A stretch of 64,000 nt of DNA from an uncultured cyanobacterium (GCA_963749915.1 CAVVOP010000021.1:288001-352000); one strand, 5' to 3'; numbered from the stretch's first letter, positions 20,379-30,830 are shown. The notes: generated from the letters alone by a model not told the origin. Numbers and translations: made by a program.

Positions 20379-21246
20379 TAGACATCTCCAAAATATAATA
20401 AGTTCAAAAAATTAGTATAATATTTTTAACTTTTAACTCAAAATTTTGAAGATTAATGAACAATTATACTTGGAGTTATATTCAGCTTCATCCTCAAGAA
20501 ACTAAACGATTATTAGGTATTGATTCTGACCAGTTACAAGATTTGATAAATTATCTCAAACTCCTCGAGGAAAGAGAAAAACAAGAAGCAGAAAAAAACA
20601 AGATAAGAATCAATAAATTAGGCGGTGGAAGAGAAGAGAAAATTAGCCAAGAAGAACAAATAATTCTCACCTTAATTTATCTGAGACATCATCTTAATTT
20701 CCAATTGTTGGGATTAATGTTTAAAGTAAGCGAAAGTACGGCCAATAATGTGTTTCATAAATGGCAAAAATTATTAGAATCAGCATTCCCATCTTCTTTG
20801 CTAGAACAAGTAAAAAAGTGCCCAGAAAATTAAGAGCAAATCAAAGAAATATTGACAGATTATGAATTAATTGTCGATAGTGAAGAACAAGAAATAGAGA
20901 GAAGTATCGATTATCAAGAGCAAAAAAAGCACTACTCTGGGAAGAAGAAAATGCACACATTTAAAAATCAGATAATTTGTCTGCCAAAAGGGGAAGATAT
21001 AGTCGATGTAGTCCCAGGAGAACCAGGTCCAAAAGCTCACATAACAATTTGGCGAGAAAATATTGATGAATTTGATGAAAAACAAACATTTAAAGCTGAT
21101 AAAGCCTATATAAGTGAACCAAGAATAAGAACACCAAAAAAGAAACCGAAAAATGGAGAATTAACCTTAGAACAAAAAGAAAAAAATAAGGAAATATCAT
21201 CCGAGAGAATCTTTGTAGAACATTTAATTAGAATTATTAAAATACA
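20379..21246 (+). mobile_element. IS5/ISL2-type (HTH_Tnp_4 + DDE_Tnp_4) element, inactivated
   Basis: Begins TAGACATCTCC; ORFs 20456-20833 and 20852-21253 share a frame and are split by one TAA; IVDS, YSGKKK.HT.K, ADKAY, RIFVEH motifs; 3' end truncated. Confidence 0.85.
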
Positions 21247-21321
21247 GTATTAAACAAATGTGATGAAATTGGCAGCATGTTACATAGTCTAAAGGAAAAA
21301 CTGAGTCAACGGAAAAAATAG
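21247..21321 (+). pseudogene. Four-helix-bundle gene, C-terminal fragment
   Basis: VLNKCDEIGSMLHSLKEKLSQRKK*, similar to LLNRCESLGRLLSALIRAL at about 19.6 kb. Confidence 0.65.
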
Positions 21322-21337
21322 TCAGTTGCTTGTATTT

Positions 21338-21383
21338 TGACATCTGACACCTGACACCTAATACCTGATACCTGATACCTCAC
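21338..21383. repeat. Heptamer tandem repeat (TGACACC/TGATACC)n, STRR-like
   Basis: About six degenerate 7-bp units. Confidence 0.85.
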
Positions 21384-21401
21384 TAAAACAATTATTTGAT
21401 T

Positions 21402-21427
21402 CTTACGAATGATTCCTGATTGCTATA
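21402..21427. repeat. Dispersed repeat terminus (...GATTGCTATA), copy 2
   Basis: 19/26 identical to 14086-14111. Confidence 0.55.
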
Positions 21428-21430
21428 TTA

Positions 21431-23221
21431 TTATTTTATATTTAATTTATAGGGCAAAATCGTATAGACTTGATTAGGATTTTGGATAATTTCCCTAAGA
21501 CTTAACTCTGTATTTAATTCCCAAATAATTTTAGCTAAAGTTTCTTTATCGGTTACATCATTCGCTATTTTACTATTATTTAATTGATTAATTAATTCTA
21601 CCTGCCAATTTCTTTTTTCCGGGAAAGATACCAGTTTATAATTATTGTTTAATTGGAGTTTTTCGTCTAAATATTCGATAGATTTATCTAGTCCTCCAAT
21701 CTCATCAACTAAACCGATTTTTTGAGCTGATTTTCCTGACCAAACTCGACCTTGAGCAATTTCCTCTACTTGAGGAATGGGTAAATTTCTCGCCGTAGAA
21801 ACTCTTTTTAAAAATAACTCATAAATGCTTTCTACTTTTTGTTGAAAAATATCTAATTCTGCTTCGCTTTTAGCATTAAAACTATTACCGAGATTGGCAA
21901 ATTTGTTAGTCTTTATAACCTTGTTATTAATACCATTATCATTAGCAATTTTTTCCATATTAAACAATAACCCAAATACACCGATGGAACCTGTTATCGT
22001 ATTATTACTAGCAAAAATTCTTTCTCCGGCGGTTGCTATCCAATAACCCCCCGATGCCGCTACATTTCCCATGGAAACTACTAAAGGTTTTTCCTTCGCC
22101 GTCAATTGTAATTCTCTTAAGATTAATTCTGAGGCTATAGCACTTCCTCCTGGACTATTTATTCTGACAATTACTCCTTTGATATTTTTATCTTGGCGAA
22201 TTTTTCTAATTTCAGATGTAAAACGTTCACTTCCTATTTCTCCAATTCTGCCCTCACCATCAACAATGGTACCCTCAAGATAAAGAATTGCAATTTGACG
22301 ATTATTATTAGTGTTATTAGGGGAATTGGCCGCTAAATAATCTTGAATAGTAACTTGACGAAAAGAATCCTTATCTTTATTATTAGTGATTTCCTTTAAT
22401 TGAGTAATAATTTCATCCTGATAACGCAATTGATCAACTAATTTTAAATCTTTGGCTTCTTTAGCTTGTAAAATACCTTTATTATCAGCAATATTATTAA
22501 TTTCTCCCATTTTTAAAAAACGATCTTTTGTTATATTTTCTACATAAGAATCCCATAAATCTGCTAATAATTCAGAGGTTTGGATCGCACTTTCTCGACT
22601 ATAGTTATTAAGAGTAAAAGGTTCGATGGCTGACTTATATTTCCCAACTCTAATGACTTGCACACCGATACCATATTTTTCCAAAGCAGAGGCGAAAAAC
22701 AATCTTGAAGAAGCAAAACCATTCATTTCCATTGAACCGATGGGATTGAGATTAATTTCGTCGGCAATAGAAGTCAAAAAATAATCTGGTTCATTGTAAG
22801 AAACATTATAGGCAATAATTTTTTTCCCACTAGCTTTAAAATTTTCAAGGGCATTTCTTATTTCTGTTAAATTGGCATAACCAGAAACAATATTTCCTTT
22901 ACTACCATCCAAATATAAAGTAGAAATGCGGTTATCTTTTGCCGCTTTATTAATAGCAGAAGTCACTTCCCTCAAACTTAATAATCGATTCTTATTACTA
23001 CTTAATAATGAGAATAAATTACCATCGTATTGATAATCATTTATCTGATTATTAAGATTAAAAACTAAAGCGGATTGATTTTCAATTTTAGGAGTATTAT
23101 TAGATAACAACAAGGCTATAATAAGGATCAATAATCCACCTCCACTTAAAGCAAAAAAGAAAAATAATCCGGCCAAACTCCCCAGAAAACTAGCTAAGGT
23201 TTGTTGTAAAAATTTTTTCAT
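21431..23221 (-). CDS. sppA: Signal peptide peptidase (67K type)
   Basis: RVGKYKSAIEP, RINSPGGS, AASGGYW, TGSIGV, QGRVWSG motifs. Confidence 0.95.
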   Translation of the reverse strand: MKKFLQQTLASFLGSLAGLFFFFALSGGGLLILIIALLLSNNTPKIENQSALVFNLNNQINDYQYDGNLFSLLSSNKNRLLSLREVTSAINKAAKDNRISTLYLDGSKGNIVSGYANLTEIRNALENFKASGKKIIAYNVSYNEPDYFLTSIADEINLNPIGSMEMNGFASSRLFFASALEKYGIGVQVIRVGKYKSAIEPFTLNNYSRESAIQTSELLADLWDSYVENITKDRFLKMGEINNIADNKGILQAKEAKDLKLVDQLRYQDEIITQLKEITNNKDKDSFRQVTIQDYLAANSPNNTNNNRQIAILYLEGTIVDGEGRIGEIGSERFTSEIRKIRQDKNIKGVIVRINSPGGSAIASELILRELQLTAKEKPLVVSMGNVAASGGYWIATAGERIFASNNTITGSIGVFGLLFNMEKIANDNGINNKVIKTNKFANLGNSFNAKSEAELDIFQQKVESIYELFLKRVSTARNLPIPQVEEIAQGRVWSGKSAQKIGLVDEIGGLDKSIEYLDEKLQLNNNYKLVSFPEKRNWQVELINQLNNSKIANDVTDKETLAKIIWELNTELSLREIIQNPNQVYTILPYKLNIK

Positions 23222-23284
23222 TATATTTATTATTTAAAATTTATTTAATACTAATTATTAATTGTTAATTATTAATTGCTATAA

Positions 23285-23388
23285 TTACCAATCTTGATCG
23301 AGAATAAAATTCTGAATATTTTAGTTCTATTTTGCCATATTTGAATCTAATGGTAAATCATTTTTGTCCAGACCAAATGGATTTTCAG
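23285..23388 (-). pseudogene. Bestrophin/YneE-family channel, C-terminal stub
   Basis: Minus strand ENPFGLDKNDLPLD matches the bacterial bestrophin ExPFGxDxNDLPLD signature; nothing upstream. Confidence 0.75.
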
Positions 23389-23419
23389 TGTCTGATGAAA
23401 AATTTTATTGATAAATCTT

Positions 23420-23488
23420 AATATCTGAACACATATTCATATTTTTCAGATACAATCAAAATAACATCTGAATGAACCTTCAGATATT
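23420..23488 (+). promoter_or_regulatory. Two SmtB-type operator boxes upstream of smtA
   Basis: AATATCTGAA-CACATA-TTCATATTTT (23420-23445) and AACATCTGAA-TGAACC-TTCAGATATT (23463-23488), both with TGAA-N6-TTCA cores. Confidence 0.85.
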
Positions 23489-23519
23489 CAATCAAATATT
23501 TTTCAGGAGATAAATTCCT

Positions 23520-23693
23520 ATGACTACCGCAACAGTTACCCAAATGAAATGTGCTTGTCCTTCTTGTTTATGTATAGTTGATATTAGCAGTGCTTTGGAA
23601 AAAGATGCACACTATTTCTGTTCTACCGCCTGTGCCGAAGGTCACAAAAATGGAGAAGGTTGTTCTCACCGTGGCTGTGGATGTAATAAATAA
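23520..23693 (+). CDS. smtA: Cyanobacterial metallothionein (57 aa)
   Basis: MTTATVTQMKCACPSCLCIVDISSALEKDAHYFCSTACAEGHKNGEGCSHRGCGCNK; RBS AGGAG; below the ORF-track length cutoff. Confidence 0.95.
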   Translation: MTTATVTQMKCACPSCLCIVDISSALEKDAHYFCSTACAEGHKNGEGCSHRGCGCNK

Positions 23694-23725
23694 TGCCATT
23701 AACCCTTCTTAGGGCACTGAAAACT

Positions 23726-24121
23726 TTAATCCGTTTCGTCAAGGTGTTCGGCAACGGAACGGTACAATTCTAAAACATGATGATCTAAAAGGCGGTAAAA
23801 AACTTTTCTGCCTCTTTTTTGGTATGCCACTAAACGCATTACTTTTAAAGTTCGCAATTGATGAGATACCGCCGATTCACTCATGTCTAAAGTTGCTGCT
23901 AAATCGCACACACACAACTCTTGTTGTGCCAATACCGAGAGTATCCTTAAACGGTTAGAATCCCCCAATAAACTGAAAAACTCTGACATTCTTTGTGCTT
24001 TATCACTGGCCAAAATTTGGGTTTTACAAGTATCGATTAATTCGGCTTCGATGTGATGTGGTTTGCAGGGAATTAAATCGGTTTTATTTTCAATGGATTT
24101 AACGGGATAAGACACATTCAT
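23726..24121 (-). CDS. smtB: ArsR/SmtB zinc-responsive repressor
   Basis: ELCVCDLA, SESAVSHQLR and alpha5 site DHHVLELYRSVAEHLDE. Confidence 0.9.
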   Translation of the reverse strand: MNVSYPVKSIENKTDLIPCKPHHIEAELIDTCKTQILASDKAQRMSEFFSLLGDSNRLRILSVLAQQELCVCDLAATLDMSESAVSHQLRTLKVMRLVAYQKRGRKVFYRLLDHHVLELYRSVAEHLDETD

Positions 24122-24334
24122 GAATTTGCAATTAATATGGGTTTAGTGTAGCTATGTCTATTGTAACAGTGTTATCCTATTGCATTCCTAAATCTTCAAT
24201 AATGGGGACTTTTTTCTTTAATTTCTTAATTCCTGCAAATTTGGAGGTAGGGAGCTAAAATTAATACGTTGTTTTAGAGTGGCAAATTTTGTTACCATTA
24301 ATCAGGAAATTTTTATCATAATTAAACTTCGTAT

Positions 24335-26152
24335 ATGGCGCTAATTGTCCAAAAATATGGTGGTAGTTCGGTAGGTTCAACGGGTCGTATAAAGTCTGTG
24401 AGTCAAAGAATTTATCGTACTGTGAAGGAGGGAAATCAAGTTGTTGTTGTTGTTTCCGCTATGGGGAAAACCACTGACGGATTGGTCAAATTAGCCCAAG
24501 AAATTTCTCCTAACCCCAGTCGTCGGGAAATGGATATGTTACTTTCCACTGGGGAACAGGTTTCTATCTCTTTGTTGAGCATGGCATTACAGGAAATCGG
24601 ACAACCGGCTATTTCTTTAACAGGGGCACAAGTAGGTATTGTTACTGAAGCGAACTATAGTAAAGCCCGTATTTTAGAAATTAACCCCCATCGTATTATT
24701 CGGGAATTGGAACAAGGTCAAGTGGTTGTCGTTGCTGGTTTTCAGGGAATTACTAACTTAGCAGACTTAGAAATTACTACTTTAGGAAGAGGAGGTTCTG
24801 ATACTTCAGCTGTCGCTTTAGCCGTCGCCCTTCAAGCGCATTCTTGCGAAATATATACCGATGTACCGGGTATTTTAACCACTGATCCTCGTATTGTCCC
24901 CTCGGCGAAATTAATGACAGAAATTACCAGCGATGAGATGCTAGAGTTAGCTAGCTTAGGTGCAAAAGTTTTACATCCCCGTGCGGTGGAAATTGCCCGT
25001 AATTTCGGGATGCCGTTGGTGGTAAAATCCAGTTGGACGGATGATCTCGGTACTAAGGTAATTTCTGCGCCCCATCAGGGTAGATCTCTTGTAGGATTAG
25101 AAATTACTAAGGCAGTAGATGCTGTTCAGTTTGACTCGGATCAGGCTAAAATTGCCCTTCTAAGGGTTGCCGATCGCCCTGGGATTGCGGCGAAACTTTT
25201 TGGGGAAATTGCCCGTCAAAACGTCGATGTTGACCTGATTATTCAATCTATTCACGAGGGCAATAGTAATGATATTGCTTTTACAGTGGTTAAGGATGTT
25301 TTACCCCGTGCTGAATCTGTGGCCATGGCCATCGCACCTATTCTCGATGAAAACGGCAATACAGATATTTTAGTTGAGAAAAAAATCGCTAAAATTGCCA
25401 TTGCGGGGGCGGGAATGATTGGCAGACCAGGTATTGCGGCAAAAATGTTTCAATCTTTAGCCCAAGCAGGGGTTAATATTCAAATGATCTCGACTTCGGA
25501 AGTCAAGGTTAGTTGTATCGTTGACCAGGACGAGTGTGATCAGGCGATCGCCGCGTTATGTTCAGGCTTTGACATTGATAGTTCCAATATTTTAAAGGAT
25601 CAAGGGGAAGATAATAGTAAGCGAGTGCCAGTAAGAGGGGTTGCCCTTGATCAAAATCAAGCCCAATTAGCTATTTTATTTGTACCAGATGTTCCGGGCA
25701 TGGCAGCGAAGGTCTTTACAGTGTTAGCGGAGGAAAATATCAGCGTGGATATGATTATTCAATCCCAACGATGCCGTTTAGTGGATGGCATTCCCATGAG
25801 AGATATTGCTTTTACCGTAGCCCAAGGAGATGCTGAACAAGCCAAAAATGCTCTTTATAAGCTACAATCCGAGATTAAATTTAGAGAAATAGTTGTCGAT
25901 GCCAACATCGCGAAAGTAAGTATAGTGGGTTCAGGGATGATTGGATCTCCAGGGGTTGCGGCTAAGTTTTTTGAGGCTTTAGCAAAAGAGAATGTCAACA
26001 TATATATGATTACTACCTCAGAAATTAAAATTAGTTGTGTCGTTTCCAAAGATCAAGGTATCCAAGCCTTAAAAGCCGTTCATGAAGCCTTCGGTTTAAG
26101 TGGTGATACAAATCTAGAAGTACCTTCAAAAGAAGAGAGTGTCAACCTTTAA
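24335..26152 (+). CDS. lysC: Aspartate kinase (cyanobacterial four-ACT type)
   Basis: [17 protein letters not shown], repeated ACT domains. Confidence 0.97.
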   Translation: MALIVQKYGGSSVGSTGRIKSVSQRIYRTVKEGNQVVVVVSAMGKTTDGLVKLAQEISPNPSRREMDMLLSTGEQVSISLLSMALQEIGQPAISLTGAQVGIVTEANYSKARILEINPHRIIRELEQGQVVVVAGFQGITNLADLEITTLGRGGSDTSAVALAVALQAHSCEIYTDVPGILTTDPRIVPSAKLMTEITSDEMLELASLGAKVLHPRAVEIARNFGMPLVVKSSWTDDLGTKVISAPHQGRSLVGLEITKAVDAVQFDSDQAKIALLRVADRPGIAAKLFGEIARQNVDVDLIIQSIHEGNSNDIAFTVVKDVLPRAESVAMAIAPILDENGNTDILVEKKIAKIAIAGAGMIGRPGIAAKMFQSLAQAGVNIQMISTSEVKVSCIVDQDECDQAIAALCSGFDIDSSNILKDQGEDNSKRVPVRGVALDQNQAQLAILFVPDVPGMAAKVFTVLAEENISVDMIIQSQRCRLVDGIPMRDIAFTVAQGDAEQAKNALYKLQSEIKFREIVVDANIAKVSIVGSGMIGSPGVAAKFFEALAKENVNIYMITTSEIKISCVVSKDQGIQALKAVHEAFGLSGDTNLEVPSKEESVNL

Positions 26153-26975
26153 CGCCACTACTAGTATCACTGGGGAGAATGTAGCGTTGTAACAATAAAA
26201 ATAATAATAAAACAGGTGCGATGGAAATGACAGATCCAGCGGCAATAAAACGCCAATTCAAATCTAAAGAACTAGCCAACCCCGCTACTCCTAAGGGTAA
26301 AGTATAATATTCTGGTCGATCCAGAATGATTAAGGGCCACAAAAAATCGCTCCAGGCACCAATAAAAACGAAAATGGCTAAAGTAATAGTAGCAGGGCGT
26401 ACCGCAGGTAACATAATATGCCACCAAATACCTATTTCGCTACAACCATCGATTCGAGAGGCTTCTTCTAACTCTTTTGGCACCCCTTGAAACGCCTGTC
26501 TTAATAGAAAAATGCCAAAAGCCGAGGCTAAATTAGGTAAAATTATTCCCAAATAGTTATTTCTTAATCCGAATTGTACGGCAAAAATATATAGGGGTAT
26601 CATTACTATTTGAAAAGGGATCATTATCGTGGCAATTACGAGGGTGAAAATAAGATCTTTTCCTTCAAAATCTAGTCTGGCTAAAGGATAAGCAGCCAAA
26701 GAACAAAATAATAAATTTAAAATAACAGTCAATATGGCAGTGATACTGCTATTAAGTAAATAACGTCCAAAAGGATAGTTATCCCAAACTAGGGTAAAAT
26801 TTTCGAAAGTAAATTGTTGAGGAATAAATTGCGGTGGAAAAGTAAAAATATCTTCCCCTGCCGATTTAAAAGAAGTACTTAATAACCATAATAATGGAAA
26901 TAACATTAATAGGGCTATAATGGTTAATAATAGGTAAATTAAAATAACTTCAGTGATGATTTTTTTATTTTTCAT
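26142..26975 (-). CDS. Carbohydrate ABC transporter permease (MalG/LacG-like)
   Basis: EAA loop [12 protein letters not shown]; six TM segments. Confidence 0.9.
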   Translation of the reverse strand: MKNKKIITEVILIYLLLTIIALLMLFPLLWLLSTSFKSAGEDIFTFPPQFIPQQFTFENFTLVWDNYPFGRYLLNSSITAILTVILNLLFCSLAAYPLARLDFEGKDLIFTLVIATIMIPFQIVMIPLYIFAVQFGLRNNYLGIILPNLASAFGIFLLRQAFQGVPKELEEASRIDGCSEIGIWWHIMLPAVRPATITLAIFVFIGAWSDFLWPLIILDRPEYYTLPLGVAGLASSLDLNWRFIAAGSVISIAPVLLLFLLLQRYILPSDTSSGVKG

Positions 26976-26995
26976 ACATTAATAATTGTGTAGCA

Positions 26996-27835
26996 TTAAA
27001 TGGAATTGCTATTAGAATCTTGAAAAACTAAAATTTGATAGTTAATTAAGTTGAATCGACTAAAAATTTCTAATCCTTTTGCCGTCACCCAGTCATTAAA
27101 ATTATCGACAATTAATTTATTAATTACTGGATAAGTAGGTTGTACATTTTTATTTATATCGACTACTTTTTCTAGTTTAAATCCTGTTTTATTCCCTATG
27201 CTTTCATAGTCTTTTATGCCAATAAATTTTACTTTAGTTGTAGCTTTTGAGCCGTAAGTGTTGGTAATTAAACGACTCAGAATTTGAGCTTCAAACCATG
27301 ACCAAAATTGACTAATTTGTGAATTAATAATAAAATCAACTACAATTAATTTACCCGATGATTTTAAGTTTTTTCTCACTTGTTGAAAGAAGATTTCTCG
27401 GCTAGGAAATGCAAAAATACATTCTAAGGCAATTGCATAGTCAAATAATTCGCTAAAATCACTTAAATCACAGGCATTACCATTAATAAATTGAATTTGA
27501 TTATTATTTTGTGGAACGATAAGTTCTGTGGCCCTTTCTACCTGGGCATTGTCAATATTTACGCCGAATAAGTTCAAGTTGCTAAAGGTATTGTTAAGCA
27601 AGTCAATTGTGCCGCCAAAACCGCAACCCGCATCGAGAATACTAACTCCATCGCTAATTTTTGCCGTTTCTATAACTAATTTAGAAAGATTATTAGCGGC
27701 GATGGCAAAATCTGTTAAAGTGCCTGTAGCTGTGGACGGATTTTCCCAATAACCCCAGTGAATATGTTTCCCAAAAACCAGTTCTAACTCTTTATCTTCA
27801 CCAAATTTGTCGATTAGTGTATCAAAATAACCCAT
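26996..27835 (-). CDS. Class I SAM-dependent methyltransferase
   Basis: HIHWGYW and ILDAGCGFGG motifs. Confidence 0.85.
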   Translation of the reverse strand: MGYFDTLIDKFGEDKELELVFGKHIHWGYWENPSTATGTLTDFAIAANNLSKLVIETAKISDGVSILDAGCGFGGTIDLLNNTFSNLNLFGVNIDNAQVERATELIVPQNNNQIQFINGNACDLSDFSELFDYAIALECIFAFPSREIFFQQVRKNLKSSGKLIVVDFIINSQISQFWSWFEAQILSRLITNTYGSKATTKVKFIGIKDYESIGNKTGFKLEKVVDINKNVQPTYPVINKLIVDNFNDWVTAKGLEIFSRFNLINYQILVFQDSNSNSI

Positions 27836-27917
27836 GATTTTTAATAATTGTTTTTTTTGAGCTGATAACGATCAACTTACCGATTATAATAAGATAACTA
27901 AATGAATAAGACTGTAT

Positions 27918-28382
27918 ATGGAAGGAAATCAAGAAGTTAAACTTCAACTTAATCGGGTTTTAGAGCTGAAATTAACGGCTATAAATCAATTTTTTCTCCA
28001 CGCTAGAATGTGTAAAAGTTGGGGCTTGAATAAACTTAATGATTATGAGTACCGTTACTCCATTAAGTTAATGAAACAGGCGGACAAAATTATTGAACGT
28101 GTCTTTTTTCTCGAAGGTTTACCCAACCTACAAAGTTTAGGCAAATTAATCATCGGTGAAAACGTACCAGAAATAATCGCCAATGATTTAACTATAACAA
28201 TGGGAATAGGGGATGCTCTCCTTTCTTCTATCAATCTTTGTGAATCTTTACAAGACTATGTGAGTCGAGATTTATTAACGGAATTATTAGAGGAAACACA
28301 GGAAGAAATTGATTGGTTAGAGTCTCAACAGTGGTTAATGGCTAATGCTGGTGTTGAAAATTATCTGCAGTCAATGATTTAA
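27918..28382 (+). CDS. bfrB: Bacterioferritin, heme-binding subunit type
   Basis: Bfr fold with Met52 retained (SIKLMKQAD) and ferroxidase ligands E18/E51/H54 replaced by K/L/Q. Confidence 0.88.
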   Translation: MEGNQEVKLQLNRVLELKLTAINQFFLHARMCKSWGLNKLNDYEYRYSIKLMKQADKIIERVFFLEGLPNLQSLGKLIIGENVPEIIANDLTITMGIGDALLSSINLCESLQDYVSRDLLTELLEETQEEIDWLESQQWLMANAGVENYLQSMI

Positions 28383-28415
28383 TTATCTATTTTTCATATA
28401 TTTTGGAGTGCTTTA

Positions 28416-28883
28416 ATGAAAGGGAATGAAAAAGTTATTCAACAATTACAGAAACTGTTATGTGGTGAGTTATCCGCTAGAGATCAATATTTTACCCATT
28501 CTCGGATGTACGATGATTGGGGTTTAACTAAACTTTATGAGCGTATTGATCATGAAATGCACGATGAAACCCAACACGCAGATATGTTGATTAAGCGCTT
28601 GTTATTTTTAGAAACCACCCCCGATTTATCCGTTCAAGAAGCATTAAAAATTGGTTCTAATGTGCCAGAAATGCTCCAAAGTGATCTTGATTTAGAGTAC
28701 AAAGTGATTGCTGATTTAAAAGAGGCGATCGTCATTTGTGAAGAGGAACAAGACTACCAAACCAGAGAGATATTGAGAGTTATTTTAGGGGATACAGAAG
28801 AAGATCATGCTTACTGGTTAGAAAAACAGTTAGGATTGATTGATAAAATTGGCTTACCTAACTATTTACAGTCTCAAATGTAA
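28416..28883 (+). CDS. bfrA: Bacterioferritin, ferroxidase subunit type
   Basis: E18 and E51..H54 (DETQH) plus EEDH retained; Met52 replaced by Thr. Confidence 0.88.
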   Translation: MKGNEKVIQQLQKLLCGELSARDQYFTHSRMYDDWGLTKLYERIDHEMHDETQHADMLIKRLLFLETTPDLSVQEALKIGSNVPEMLQSDLDLEYKVIADLKEAIVICEEEQDYQTREILRVILGDTEEDHAYWLEKQLGLIDKIGLPNYLQSQM

Positions 28884-28976
28884 AAAAGAATTGACCATGG
28901 ACAATTGACCGTTAACAATTATTTTCTTTGCCATTTGCCATTCGACTTTGTGCACGGTTGGAGAAACCATCGATAT

Positions 28977-29159
28977 CGCCTTAAAGCTATTATCATCTAC
29001 GGTAGTCCCTACATTTTAGATTAGTTTTGGCAACGTCTTCAGTCAAAAATTCCTTGGGTGTTTAGTTATGGTCAAATGTCCCAGGCTCAAAGTCTATGCT
29101 GTCAAGAGCTTTTGGGTTTGTCAACAAACTATGACATTGATAAAGGTGATTTTTTGTAA
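28977..29159 (+). pseudogene. Glycoside hydrolase family 3 (cyanobacterial beta-glucosidase/NagZ-like) C-terminal stub
   Basis: RLKAIIIYGSPYILD*FWQRLQSKIPWVFSYGQMSQAQ with an internal stop and no start. Confidence 0.7.
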
Positions 29160-29217
29160 CGAAAATAACAGAAATTACTACTATTAAAAGCAGTTTCTGA
29201 GAATAATGATAAAAAAT

Positions 29218-29231
29218 GTAGTTAAAGATAC
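29218..29231. promoter_or_regulatory. Candidate NtcA box
   Basis: tGTA-GTTAAAGA-TACa is an exact GTA-N8-TAC with an A-rich 5' flank, 75 bp upstream of the DUF4327 gene. Confidence 0.6.
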
Positions 29232-29306
29232 ATAACGTAAGTCTTTACGATCCCCCTTTGTTAGGCTATATTAGAGTTGGTCAAATAAGTTTATGGGGAA
29301 AAGCAG

Positions 29307-29540
29307 ATGAAAACTTTAGAAAAAACTGCAGCGGATTACTCCATCGAGATGATTAAAGACGAAGCGCGACATTTAGTGGAAGCGGGGACGGTTAGTCGCC
29401 ATCAACCTATTTATATCCTTTGTCAATATATCCCTGCCAGAGAGTGGGTTTGTGTCGAGTGCGAATTGGAACAATCAGACTATCTTCTCAGGGATCAAAT
29501 TGGCGATTTAATTGCCTGTGAAAATTGGGATGAAGATTAA
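29307..29540 (+). CDS. DUF4327 family protein
   Basis: YSIEMIKDEARHLV..G.VSR.QPIY.LC.YIP.REW...E.ELE..DYLLRD.I.DL. Confidence 0.85.
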   Translation: MKTLEKTAADYSIEMIKDEARHLVEAGTVSRHQPIYILCQYIPAREWVCVECELEQSDYLLRDQIGDLIACENWDED

Positions 29541-29777
29541 TTAATGACAGTTCGGAGTTACTATTAAGCAAATGATTTGTTATATTGCGAGGTTTTCAGC
29601 TTCTGCCGATTTGACTAACCCGAATTAGATGTTGCTCAATCAATAGACTTTTTTAGAGAGTCGGGAAATAGGACATGAGTGATAGTTGGCAGGGGCTGAA
29701 ATTGATTTCAATTTTAATTTGTGAAGATTTGATTTATAATCTCTTCAATAGCCTCTCGCCTCAGTGCAGAAAGACCA

Positions 29778-30830
29778 CTAGGGGTCTTGTGGATAAATTT
29801 TTGCCATGGCATTTGTCAATCTTTGATTTTCCTCCTCTTTTTTCACGGCAATGCGGAAGTATTTTTCGCCTAATTCGGGAAAACTAACACAGTCACGAAT
29901 CAATATCTGCTCTTTTTGCAGTAACTGTAACTGTATTTTTGTGCCGGGTATTTCCGTTTGCACTAGGATAAAGTTAGCACTACTGGGAAGGGGTCTTAGT
30001 CCTTGAATTTTGGCTAATTCTTCGGCCAATTTTGCCTTGGTCGGTTTTAACCACTGCCATGTTTTTTTTTGAAAATCAATATCCCCCAAGGCGGCTATTC
30101 CGGCTAAAACAGCCAGAGAATTTACGCTCCAGGGATCTCGCCATTTTTGCCAACGCTTAACTCTCTCAGGATTAGTGATGCCGTAACCGATTCTTAAGCC
30201 CGGCAAACTATAAAATTTAGTGAGGGACCGTAGAATAATTAAATTATCATAGTCTTTGACTAAGTCTATTAAACTTTCTTGCTTATTTGGTGGCAAAAAG
30301 TCCATGAACGCCTCATCGACAATCACCAAGGGGAATTGATGTAAATAGGGAATAAGGGTGTTTTGACGCCAAAGTTTCCCCGTGGGATTATGGGGATTAT
30401 TGATTAACAAAGCAACATTCTTACTATGATTTAATCCTTTTTCTAAATCTCCCAAATTGTAGAATTGGCAAGGAAGATTGAAAGTTTGTAACGCCCGTTT
30501 ATAATCGGCAAAACAAGGAGAAGGAAGTAAAACTCCTTGTAAATTATGGGCTTCCCACCCTACCCATGTCAACAATTCCGCCGCCCCATTACTAGGTAAA
30601 ACCTTATCAAATTCGATATGATGATGATTTCCGATGGCTTGACGAAATCGGGAATAGTCAGGGTTAGGATAATGTTGCAATTGAACGATGCCCTCAGTAA
30701 TAGCAGCGATCGCACTATCTGGAGGACCAAGAGGGTTAATGCTAGCAGAAAAATCCACAAGGGCAGAAATAGGGCAGTTAACGAGACTGACTGCCCAATC
30801 TAAATTTCCTCCGTGAGTTGGTCTAAACAA
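29778..30830 (-). CDS. cobD: Threonine-phosphate decarboxylase
   Basis: HGGN, DFSASINPLG, VDEAFMDF, SLTKFYSLPGLRIGY motifs. Confidence 0.92.
   Translation of the reverse strand: MFRPTHGGNLDWAVSLVNCPISALVDFSASINPLGPPDSAIAAITEGIVQLQHYPNPDYSRFRQAIGNHHHIEFDKVLPSNGAAELLTWVGWEAHNLQGVLLPSPCFADYKRALQTFNLPCQFYNLGDLEKGLNHSKNVALLINNPHNPTGKLWRQNTLIPYLHQFPLVIVDEAFMDFLPPNKQESLIDLVKDYDNLIILRSLTKFYSLPGLRIGYGITNPERVKRWQKWRDPWSVNSLAVLAGIAALGDIDFQKKTWQWLKPTKAKLAEELAKIQGLRPLPSSANFILVQTEIPGTKIQLQLLQKEQILIRDCVSFPELGEKYFRIAVKKEEENQRLTNAMAKIYPQDP

Noticed and set aside
20812..20833. Programmed -1 frameshift at A6G joining the two IS5 ORFs
   Set aside because: The two ORFs are in the same frame (offset 396 nt) and are separated by a nonsense codon
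19443..21321. Diversity-generating retroelement suggested by Avd-like four-helix-bundle fragments
   Set aside because: No reverse transcriptase and no TR/VR pair with adenine-specific mismatches in the window
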